Source of the DNA: Saccostrea echinata
Lineage: Eukaryota
Length of the DNA: 64,000 bases
Direction: 5' to 3'
NCBI RefSeq assembly: GCF_033153115.1
Contig: NW_026889782.1
Coordinates: 25,730,001 to 25,794,000, forward strand
The notes beneath the pieces were generated by a model. The model saw nothing but the letters and a program-made list of their open reading frames with translations. It ran no database searches and was not told the DNA's origin. The position numbers were made by a program, and so were the translations under genes. Below, piece by piece: positions 34,413 through 46,296 of this stretch; the stretch's first letter is position 1, and every line of letters starts with the position of its first letter.

Positions 34413-37088
34413 TCAGTTACTAAGGTGAAGCCAAAAAACTATTGAGTAACTTTTAAATAACGTGCCACATCCTCAAAAGTTGGCATTGTTTCAATTACTT
34501 GCTACAATTCTTGAAAAAAAAAAACAAAAACAGAAACGATTAAAACATATCCAAAGGAAAAGGTACAATACTATTATTCATGTTATCAAACAAAATGACC
34601 CATTTAAATTAAAAAAGATATTACATAATATGTTTTATGTAGGAAAAAGTCAATTTGAAAGGTATTACATTGAAGATTTGTCTAAAATTGCGTAATTGTT
34701 GCAAAGGTTCTGATATAAAAAAAAAAAATTCAATTTTGACAAGGAAAAGAAACAAGTTAACTATGAAGGTATGAATGATAAAAATTGCTTAATAAATATA
34801 TTAGATAATATATAGACTCTTTTCTTTTAAATACTGACTTTATTGATTTGGTAAATTGCCAAGTTTTCAGAGAGAGAGAAAAAAGATATATAAACCTTCC
34901 GCCAAGTAGAAATTTCAATATCCTGTACAGCAAAAGTACACAATGTCGTCAGACTGTATTTGTTGTCGGTGGCGACAACATTTGCGTATCCTTATTGCAC
35001 ATATTGAGATAATAATAATGAACATGATGATGATAATGATAAGGAAACTTAAAGAGGCTAGATTGCACAAATGCATTTGGTCATGGTGTGGTACTTTTTT
35101 TTTATGTTGACCATACTTTTAAATCAGATAGAAAACGTTGGCTGAATTCCAACGTACTATAACTTCTAGGGGACGGAGCTAAGCCGTACAGTAACTTCCA
35201 ATGTACTATACAATGACTTCCAAAAGAACTCAATACTTTTGGAATTTTTTTTTTCGATTTCTCTAAGCATATAAAAGATACCCAGAGGAAAAATGAAAAA
35301 CAACACAAAATTCAACACCCTCCCCCCCCCCCCCCCCTTCAATCTGAAAGTGCATACGTGAAAACCATTTTCATGAGGATTGCATGTAAACTCATTAGTT
35401 AATTAATTTAAATAAAAATTTTAAAAATACATAGAATTTCATGTAATACATTTATTCAAATTAAAACAGATAATTGAAATCTAATAATATTGAAAACGCG
35501 CAGTTCGATGATTTCCTTAATACACATGTACTATGTACAGCAACTGTTTTCTGAGTTTTTCAAGTTACATGCAAACTGATACATGTTCGTATATCAATGT
35601 ATCTGGATTATTTCACACAACATTCCATAATTTTGATACCTATGGCTACAGTACTTGACTCGGATTTCCTCAGTACATGCAAGTGTATCCCTAGTAACAG
35701 TAATGTAGCGGGTCATAGTGGGGCGGATCCAGGTTTCCAGTATTGTGTCTGTATTTGTTAAGGTTTTTGAAATACTCATATTGCTTAAATTAATCCATCA
35801 AATACAATTGCACACTCGTTTAACATTGCTTGATTTTTCAATGCAACCATCTCCTTCTTACTTTCTGCTTTGTTTGAACATTGATTTTACAGGCCATTTT
35901 GTTTCAGAAAACAGAGCACAAGCTTGCCTATCTCCAAATTTATATATTTCATACACTAGTATCAGATGCATCTTGTGTATGAAAATCACAGATAGGCAAG
36001 CTTGTGCTCTATATTTTCCGAGGTGAAAAGTGTCTCAAATTTGAAGAAATTCCACCAGAGTTGAGGAAATTCCAGAAAATGTCTTACTTCTGCACACTCT
36101 TGGCCTCTGTTTAAGCTTTGAATCAAAATTATTGCTGGTTTAAAACAAGCATAATTTTAAGTTCTTAACTACAAACTATCACAGTTTTAACTGTGTTCTG
36201 ATTTTTACATCAATTAAGGGGCCAAATTCTGCCGTTACTATACCCTGTCCTTACAATTTTTTTTTTATTTTTCAAGAATTATATAAAAGAAAAAGCAGTA
36301 AAAGATTTCTGTCTCAACAAAAATCCAAACAGGCTTGTTTTATTTTCTCTATCAATTCTGAGCAGAGAAATTCCTAGGTATGCGAAAAGTACATATGATC
36401 ATGCGATTCCGCGAAAGGTATTTCTCGCGGAATAAAATTACTCATTTGTCACATCGCATTTTTTACTCGCGTTAAATAAGTTCGCAGCTAAGTTTAGGAC
36501 GCCAAAGGAAAATACTCTTTAAATATTCCAAGAAAATGTATACTGTATTAATATTTTTTGATCAGCATGAGTTTTAATGACTTGGTACTGTGGTATTTGC
36601 ACTAGTATATATCGAGTCTCTGTTGAGTTCGGCCATAGGGAAGTCACTTACATGAGCTGTTTTTCACGCGACATGTTACAAATCATAAATCTATTGCTAA
36701 AAGTCGTAAAATTCGAAGATTCGCTATAACATATATATCTCGTTTTTCTTTTAGATATTTTTTTTTTTTAAAAATGAAAAGTGCTGGGAGCAACTTCCTC
36801 ATACTCGGGATTTAATTGTATAGTGCCTTTTCTATATTTGCACTGAACATGTCTCAAAATATGTAAAGTGTGTAACATACATCATATAAACTTAAATCAA
36901 AAAGTTTAAATTATCTGAAGATAACATGTCAGTCATCCAGAATAAACCAACAAATGTAGCAGTGATATTATTTTCTTTATAAATCAGAAAAAAATGATAA
37001 AGAAATGAAATATTACACAGTGTCTTTCGATTAATAATGGTATATGATGTACACAGTTCCATTTATATACCAATCTAAAGTTACGTCA

Positions 37089-38275
37089 TCAGAAAAGAGA
37101 CCTTTTTCTTACTTGCGTAGCTACTTGGATTTTATGAAAAGGTCTTTGTTGTAACGAATTATCATAAGATTCTAGAGATCCTTTAAAGTCTCTACAGATT
37201 TGTTGGCAGATACCGAGTATTTGCCACGAAATATCTCTGAGAGAAAAAGGCACAGAAATTCCGTCTTCAGAAAGTAGCAGAGTCTGTAGATCCTGTAGAG
37301 ATGGTTGTGATCTGTCTGTGTCACCCAGTCTGTGGCGATTCAGTATAAACAACATGTGTAACATCACTAGGGGTGGAATGTACAATAAAGATATGCCATT
37401 CTTTTCACTTACCCTCTGTTCTAAAACTAATTCATCAATATATGTATATTCAAGAAATGAATTTAATTTTTGAAGATTCATGAGGACATGAACTACGACG
37501 CTTCACGCCGGCATATTTCATGAAGCGCGTTAGCTTCATGAAATTCATGCTCATCCATGGTAGTTCATGAGAAAATGAACAGCATTCTAATTTGCAAAGA
37601 ATATTAAGAAAAAATATTTGGAAATGTAACTATTTATTGTTTAACACAATGTCTGCTGCTACAGCTCTCCTTATTTTATCACTCAGAGACATCCCCTCTG
37701 TGTAGTCTCTGTACATATCTTCATTTACAGGAACATGGTACATAATGTTTGGCAAAGGCTTTTCCTGTGCTTTTCTTAAACAGGTGAGTGAATGTTCATA
37801 CTGCCGTGTTCTGTAGTAGTACATAGCAAGGTACAGAATGTCTGACACATAAGCAAAAACACATGACAGTTTTAGTAATGCTTTTACTTTATTATTCTTG
37901 TAGTAAACTTTATTAGGATATTTATTTGGATATAAATTACTCTGTATGAAAAATGCAGTGTTTCTTAACACACTTGATGTTATACATTGTATTGTAACTG
38001 CTTGGTGCGGTGTCAACCTGCACATAATCAATCTCTCTAGTTGTTTCATGTAAAAAGCAAATTCTTTGTGAGAAATAGCCATGCTTATTGGTCGTAATTC
38101 TTGGAATATTCTAGCATCTAGGTTTGTCCTAGATATAATATTGTCTGTATTGATTACTAATGTTCTATTTAGTATGGCTTTAATGAGATAAGGTCTAACT
38201 GTTTCACTTAATAGAAGACATGATATTCCCTTACGATACAAATCATACAGCTAACTGAACAATGAAGCAAAGGTA
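37089..38275 (-). pseudogene. Mab-21/cGAS-like receptor (cGLR)-type gene, C-terminal remnant
   Basis: [60 protein letters not shown] and [12 protein letters not shown] resemble, from recollection, the helical C-terminus of bivalve Mab-21 proteins. In-frame TAG near 38251, ~180-bp insertion at ~37451-37630, and the NTase core is missing. Confidence 0.7.
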
Positions 38276-39108
38276 TCTTTACATTATTGATCATGTCTTA
38301 ATATCTGCATAGCAGAGGCTGAACCAGATTATTGAAATCTACCGCACTGTGTGGGAAAAATTATATCTGCAAATACTATTATTAAGAGTTATTTGTAGGA
38401 TCATTTAAACTTCAAATGATTTTCAATGTTTTGAAATTGAAAACAAAAAATTCTTGATAAATAATATGTTCAGAATGTATTTCATGAAATTTTTCGATCA
38501 TTCTAAGTACAGCGTATTTCAACAAACATGTCCCGACTTTGGATGTTTATATTTTTGCCAAATCACAAAATTTGTTTATAACAAAAACTGAATTTGAAAG
38601 CAAATTTTACGGCAAATTGTATTAATATGAATATAAGATATTATGACGTCATAATTACTTATTTAAGCTTTGATGTCATCATCAAAAGTTAAAATACCTG
38701 GATTCGGTTGTATCAACGGTTTATTAACTTTAATGAGTTATTAAGCCTAATGAATCATTAAATTCCTAATGATGCATTAGTTAATGAAGGCATTAAAACG
38801 TGTTGTACAAAACCTTTATTAGAGTCTTATTAGTTAATGAATCATTAAATATTTAAGAATTCATTAAAGATTTACTAACATTAGGGTAATATCCCGCAAT
38901 GCATTGCGTTACCACTTCCGGGGGCGTGTCCGTGGGCGTTTCCTTTGTTTACCAATTATCTAATAAATAAGCACTAATAAAACCAGTTTAAAAGTCCGCC
39001 AAATAGTTGTCGTTTTTAATTATGACGCAAAATAAATAAATTACGTCATTTTACCAATTCTGCGAGCGTCTTGAACGATAGGCCTATAGGCCTAACATAA
39101 ATCTAACA

Positions 39109-41671
39109 ATGACAGAAGAACAGCAATCCAAGTCGATTAGAAACCGTGGCAAGAATTTTGACACAACAGAGATACAGTTATTGACGGAATTAGTGGAGAA
39201 AAATATTAATATCCTCAACAGTAAATTGACCAACAGTATAACAAACGAAAAAAAAGAAGAAAATTTGGGAGAACATCACGACGCAAATAAACTCTTTGGG
39301 GATCGCAAGCCGTTCCACAAAAGAAATAAAAACTAAGTGGACAAACATGCACCAAACGGCGAAGAAAGAGTTCAGCCTCAACAAAATTTCTCAAAGAAAG
39401 ACAGGAGGAGGCCCCTGCGCTAAGCCTCTATCTACTTTCAGTGAGAAGATTGTCGACTTATATAAAGATTCGCCGACATTCAATGGATTGTCTGGGTTTG
39501 AGACACAACCACTTGGTAAGTTTAAGTTAAAGCAGGCATGTCGATGAAAAAATGTATTGAATTTCAATTATTGTTAATTTGCAATACGTCTTAAAGTTTT
39601 GTACAAAAGATATATTATGATTTGATTCATTCAAGTAAAGTAGACGCAGTGGTAGACAACTATTTAGTACATGCATGGATACATTTTATTACGAAATATG
39701 GGGAGGGGTCAATTAGGGACGACCATTTGATTCGGGGGAAAGGGGGAAGGGCTGGCAGACTTTGGAAATAAATAATCTGTCCTCGAAAATGATTAAAATA
39801 AATAGAATCTGTCCTCAACTGGGCAAGAAAATAAATAACTTGTCCTCTAGACTAGTCCACTATTGCTAATAATATCGCAAAAAATAGAGCCCCCCTCCTC
39901 CCCCCCCCCCCCCAGGAAGTAGAGTTTTGGACTTTGTTGTTGTTGCTGTTTTTGTGGGGGGTTTTTTCGTCAGACCTTTTGAAGTGAAAAAGAAAATAAA
40001 TAATCTGTCCTTGATCTCGGAAATAAATAATCTGTCCTTCACCGACATGAAAATGAATAATCTGACTGTAAAATTTGCCAGACCCCCCCCCCCCCCTTAC
40101 CCCCGAATCAAGTGGTCAGTCATCCCCTTAATAAACTAAAACGAGTTTTCTCCCTTGGTTTGGAATTGATTACAGCAGCTAGCAGTATATATCACAAGCA
40201 ACGCCTTTACATGCCGCCTGTATGTTAAATCATTAATCATTTACCTCGTTAAGTATCATTTAAATCTTCCCAACAGCAAATCACAAGAAACCCTTCTTTA
40301 AATCCATAAACAGGCAGAATAAATATAATACAGTCCTTCAACATTTATTCACAAAATGACGTCACAGTACTAACAACGCCACCTTTCGTAAAAAGTTACT
40401 GTGATGGACGATAAAAAGTGTCGTGTCCTTATTTTTATGAAAACCGCGGATGGTTACTTCATTCGAGTTGGTGGTCTATCTTATTTCATTTAAAGGTTTT
40501 GTCATGATTTTTTTATCTAATTATAGAATTTTTTTATACATGGGTGTGAATTTTGACAACTTTAAGGTCATATCCATGATTTTTTTTACGGGGGGTCAGA
40601 GTCCACATCAACTGTAACAAAAGTAAGACTTGGACATTTTTTGACAAGCATACAACAAACAAACACACGCGACCCCCCCCCCCCCCCCAAAGCTGAACAT
40701 AACAGGGGGGTGTAGACACATAAGTCTATCTTTTTTTTGTTTACTCTGAAAATCACCCCCTCCACGTACCCTCCTCAGTCTATGGATTCCTCCAGGGACT
40801 TTGTAAAATTTGAAGTTTGTATTTACAGAGTAATGGGCACCAGAAAATTAAAACAAAAATGCATTATTAATTTTTTTCATAAACAGACGAAAGCAACATA
40901 GAGATCTTGGGCTCACCCAAAACTATGTGCATGCTAACGGAATTGCTCATTCCGAGCAATGAAGGAGAGCATGTCGTCGATGAGTCTGATCTGGCACAGA
41001 ATGTGGTCACCGTGGCGACAGAGGTAACCGCGGCGACAGAGGTAACCGCACCAGAAAATATAACAACTACAGCGACGACAAGCATGGTGCCGAACATGTA
41101 ATTATAGTTCATAAATAAATAAATTGTTGATATAGACGTGCATAAATATCTTTTAATTCAATAAATAATCAATACTTATTACATGTATAACAAATTCAAA
41201 ATGTGTCTCTTCCTGAAGAAAATCTGCTATCACCATTCAAACTGGCGAAATTTAAGTATAGTTCTGCATTTAAAGTGTTTACACTTACCTGTCGACGTAT
41301 TGTAACCTACATGTGCTAATGTAAAATTTTACATGTAATAAGTTATAACATATTATATTATGTAATATAATAGGATAAAATAGAAATTCATGATTGCACA
41401 CATTGCTTTGTTAACAAGTTTTAATCTATGGAATGTCAATAAGCTCAAAAGTTCGATCCTGCATCAATAGTTACTTACTAAACACATACATTATAGGTCA
41501 AAAAAGGTGGAGAATATAGGACAACGCAAGAGGGTAAAACCTGAAGACGTGACTCAAATGCAGTACGCAGTGTTGGTGGAACAACAACAGAAATTACGGG
41601 AGCAAACAGTTTACTACAGGTTGATGAACAAAAAGCTTAGACGGGAGTTGGATATGTCTTCTGAAGATTAA
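39109..41671 (+). pseudogene. Harbinger Myb/SANT-like DNA-binding protein (exons 39109-39515, 40887-41097, 41497-41671); one frameshift in an A-run near 39250
   Basis: RGKNFDTTEIQLLTELV...KKIWENITTQINSLGIASRSTKEIKTKWTNM...RKTGGGP, GT-AG introns in compatible phases, and a coiled-coil-like last exon. Confidence 0.82.
39714..40131. mobile_element. MITE in intron 1 of the Harbinger Myb gene
   Basis: agggacgaccatttgattcgggg ... ccccgaatcaagtggtc..tcccct, with internal aataaataatctgtcc repeats. Confidence 0.6.
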
Positions 41672-42568
41672 CTGTTTCTTTTTCATTTTTTCTCATATTC
41701 GTGGGTTTTTCTTCTAACCTATATTACTACAAGTATAACTTTATGAATTTGAAAACAACTATTTGTTAAGCGCATCTAAAGTGTTTGTACAATATAGAAA
41801 TGAATCAAATACAATTTATGAATAAAATACAATAACTATACCAGTGTATACCAATAAACGCCTTAACTGTTTCCATTGGTACACATAAGATAAATGCAAG
41901 TTCTTAAAAATAATGTTGTGTGATATAATTTCTTATGTTTTTCCCATCCTCGGGTCCGTTGTACTGCCCTTGAATATTTCCATCGACGTCCAAGTCTTGA
42001 TCTTCGTCTGCAAGTGGCTCCCGGAATAAAATAGCAAGATTCTGAAGTACAGCACATGCTCCTGAAATCAAAACGTATGCGTTCACACAACAGGTACCTA
42101 AAAACATGCAAATAATTACTTGTGAATACTAAATGAACATGTTCCTAAGCCTATTAACTACATCTGTCTAAGCCTTGTACCTATGACTGTGCAGACCCTC
42201 TCCGGTGTCATCCGTATTTCAGCATGGAGGACGTGAAAACGCCTCTTCCACCAACCAAATGCACGCTCAATGGTCACCCTGGTCTTCGAATGGGCCGAGT
42301 TAAAGCGTTCCTGTGCTGGTGTCGATGGTCTCAGATACGGGGTCATAAGATAAGGTTTACATGCGTAACCGCTGTCACCAAGAACAACCCCATCCTTGAT
42401 CGAGTGAAACTTCTCTTCTATAGTTTGTCTTATTCCTGACATACGGAATATATGACTGTCATGTGTACTTCCGGGCCATCTAGCTACGATGTTGGAAAAT
42501 CTGCCTGAAAAATATGTTCTCGTTTTGAAGTAAAATATATCAGGAGTTGGGATTTCAGAATATCGAAG

Positions 42569-42573
<5 letters not shown>

Positions 42574-42620
<47 letters not shown>
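42574..42620. repeat. (TC)n microsatellite in transposase intron 2
   Basis: About 23 TC units. Confidence 0.95.
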
Positions 42621-42623
<3 letters not shown>

Positions 42624-43284
42624 TACCTGTATAATCACAAATCGCCTGTACATTTACTGAGTGGAAGCCTTTCCTATTAACGTACGCTGGTTCATTTTGA
42701 GAAGGGGCTTGGATTCGTACATGGGTGTCATCTATGCACCCTATGACACCCGGGAATCCAGCTAAATTGAAGAATTCGTTTTTGATTATGGTAAGTTCGT
42801 CATCGGCAGGCCATCTGATAAATCGGTGCGCCAGGGAAACAAGGGCTCTGGAAACTTTACGGACAACTCTCTAAACAGTTGACTTGTTCACTCCAACAGT
42901 ATCTCCGACGACTTCAAGAAAACTCCCACTAGCGTAATATCGCAAAGAAATGAGGACCTAAAGATTTTAAATAAAGTGGTATATATGTCTTTATGATAAT
43001 TTTAGTCAGAAAAAAGTAAAACAATTTATTTTATGGGCTTTTAAATTACCTAGTAAGATGTTATTCTAATGATTCAAAGAAAGACAACATGCATTGCTAT
43101 ATCCAAGAAAATTTCGAGAGGGGCCTACCTTAAGGGGAAAAAAATAGGAAAAGTCAGTATTATAGGCAAGTTTTTGTTGTGATTTTTACAGACGTATACA
43201 TGCATGTCATATTAATTTAAAGTGTATTAGAAACGATGTGACTATTATTAATATACATGTATTTCACTTTATGTTTTAAGAGCC

Positions 43285-45015
43285 ATTCTCTGTAATGACT
43301 TGAACTTTTATATAGGAGCTGTGGCACGCATAGTCTCAGAATTTCTCCAAACTCTCTATGATAAAAGTCTTTGATACCGTTAACTCAAATCAGGCAAAAA
43401 TTGGTCGCTACGTGTCATGGTTACCATAGCAACATGTCCTAAAGTTTGAAAAATGGCATTTTTCAACATCTTCAGAGTCCCACAGTTAACGTTTGCAGCA
43501 AAGCAAACAAGTGGCAATGACTGTTTCTGAAAGTTGAAGGCCTGGTGTCTTAAATGCATGATAAACATGTTTGGTAAATCATCTATAACATACGTTACTA
43601 TGGAAACAAAGTATTCAAAAGTAATAATTTTGTTCATTTAATTTTATAAAGTCATACACTTAAGAATAAAAACAATAATAGGTTGAAATGCAAGCAAATA
43701 ATAAAGAAGAGATCATTGTAACATATACCAAGGACAAAATATGATATTTCTTATACTGGTTAGCAATGGTTGCCATGGTTTTAATACCACGAAGGGATTT
43801 TAAATTTACTCTCTTAGTGTTTTAATCTTATCCTATCTTTTTTAAAAGCATATTTCTATATAACTGATGATCAATTTTTAAAGGCCTTGGTGTGACCCTA
43901 ATTTTCACATTTCAAAAAATTAAATTTCAATTCTTTAAATAGTGCGTTGCTATGGAAATAAGGCGAAAAAACATGCATAAAAATCTGAAAAATACTCTGT
44001 TTCCTTGGATACGTACCGTTGTAAGTAGATTCCCAAAACTTTAATGATTGATATATGTGAACAACTAACCTGACTTTCAATTTTGACTATCACCCAATCT
44101 CTAACTGGATGCAAAAAGCTGGCACATAGGGTCTAATATTGACAAAAAATTAACAAAATCGAACATTTTCTCTTCTTGGTAACCATAGCAACAGTGTTGT
44201 ATTTTTCAACAACCTTTATCAATATATGATATTCAACTTTAGTTCTACGAGATAAGTATTATTCAAGGTGATTCAAATAATATTTTTCTTGATTAAAAGG
44301 TTAGTAAATTCTTAAAGCAGCAAAACAATATCACTTTAAACAACTAGTACGTTGTTTCCATGGTTACACTGCAAAGTAACAATTAATCTCAATTTTTCTT
44401 ATGTTGTCGGTGTTGCAAGGTCCTAAAGATGCATTTGTGCCAGTCGTGAATTTTGTTGTTTTTCCTCACAATAGTAGCATTAACCCAATCATAGCAACAG
44501 ATTTTGCATGGTGACACTGTGTTACCATGGCAACCATGAATGTTATTTTTAGAATAATATTGCCAATACCTAATTACATGAGGTCAAATATTTTTCATTG
44601 TTTTTCTTACGTTGTTGATTGAGTTTGATCATGTAACATCTATCATTTGTGACTATAGAGCGTTTTTCAGCATTTTTCAGCATCTAAAATGTATTCCAAA
44701 TGTACCCATGGTTACCACTTACTTAGAGATAAATTCTAAATAGTTTCTTTATAGCATATGTGGCAACAAGGTGTCATGTTTTTGGGAGAATGGTTTGTTT
44801 GTTTTTCTTAGTCTTTATTAAGGCTTAATAAAGATTTAAAGTAGCTGAAAATCTCAATTTTTTCAACTTTTCTGGCTGTTACCATGGCAACCAAGACACA
44901 TAGCAACGAAATTTTATTTGATATATGTTTCTGGTGTCAAGTTGTAATAATGGGCAAAGTTTCATCAAAATCGGTGACCATGCGTGGCAAAGAAGTTTAA
45001 GTGGTTACAGAGAAT
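43285..45015. mobile_element. Non-autonomous TIR element with repeated GTTRCCATRGYAAC motifs, in transposase intron 1
   Basis: attctctgtaatgacttgaactt / aagtttaagtggttacagagaat termini. Confidence 0.7.
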
Positions 45016-45237
45016 CACTATTAATTAGTTAAGATAATTTTGAGTTCCTCCGATTTTTTTCTAATGCCATGAACTATACACCAACTTCCCGTGTTCTGGT
45101 CCTAATTCGGAAGAGATTGTGATATGAATTGAAAGAAATAGTAAAATATTAAATTTTAGATTTAAATTTTTTAAAGTCACTTTTGTCGATAACTAAATAA
45201 ATAACCCGAATAGATAATATATCAGTTTCGATTTTTA

Positions 45238-45397
45238 TTAAGGAATGAATTTAATAGCTACCCATTTTATACGATATAAACTGGGTTGGGGCAGTTTACG
45301 CTTTATAAACCGCGGAGCGGTTTATAAAAAAGCGTAAACTGTTCCAACCCAGTTTATATCGTATAAAATGGGTAGCTATTAAATTCATTTCCTTATA
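45238..45397. repeat. ~75-bp-arm palindrome centred on ccgcggagcgg (Crypton-like non-autonomous element type)
   Basis: aaggaatgaatttaatagctacccattttatacgatataaactgggttgg...ccaacccagtttatatcgtataaaatgggtagctattaaattcatttcctt. Confidence 0.75.
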
Positions 45398-45931
45398 ATT
45401 TATTTTTCATTCTTTTGGTGTAAGAAAAAAGATGACTGTCCTTAAGAAAATGACTTCAATTTGTACAAAATTTGAATGTAACGTCAGGCGGATCGATACG
45501 TTTTTAACGCAAGTCATTGTGACGTAGGCAACCCATTTTATACGATATAAAGTAAATTTTTTATCCAATCAAATACAGCGTTACAATCAGAATTAAATTA
45601 TAAAAACTTTATTTAGGTTCAAAGTTCCTAATATTCAAACCAAATTCAGTTTCTCTCGATTTACCGGCATTAAATCATGAAATAAAAAAAAACGAGTTCA
45701 TAATTATGTTATAACAATCTGATTAAAATTAGATGTTCCAAATCCGCTACCGCCTCTAGCGGTAGTGGATTCGGAAAATCTAATTTTAATTACATGTAGA
45801 TTGATTTTATAGCAGATTTGATTTAAAAATCCTTCCAAAATATTTATTACTTTAATGTAAATTCACCTGATGAAAAAATAAATTAATTCAGCCAAAATTT
45901 AATTAAATGATAATGAAACACGCAGGATTAA

Positions 45932-46066
45932 TGAGGTTGATTTATTTATTCAATTTACGAAAAATGGTGAAGACCTGCAATATCAACAATGAAATCTGAT
46001 AAAATTACTATTGTAGAATTGCATACTTTTATGTAAACTAAATTTTTAAACATGTAATTTTTGGCA

Positions 46067-46150
<84 letters not shown>

Positions 46151-46296
46151 CATATGTGGATTTCATACAAATGTAGTACAGTGTACATGCATATACATGT
46201 ATATTAATTCATTTTTCTTTTAGTAATTTATGTTACAGATTTTATTAATGTGGGCCTTCACCATTTTTCATACATTGAATAAATAAATCAACCTCA
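45932..46296. mobile_element. TTAA-flanked (Kolobok-like) MITE with a central (TA)n at 46069-46148
   Basis: TTAA|tgaggttgatttatttattcaat...attgaataaataaatcaacctca|TTAA. Confidence 0.75.

Noticed and set aside
42505-42622. MRERERE N-terminus of ORF 42158-42622
   Set aside because: Intronic (GA)n microsatellite read-through; the real exon starts at 42504.
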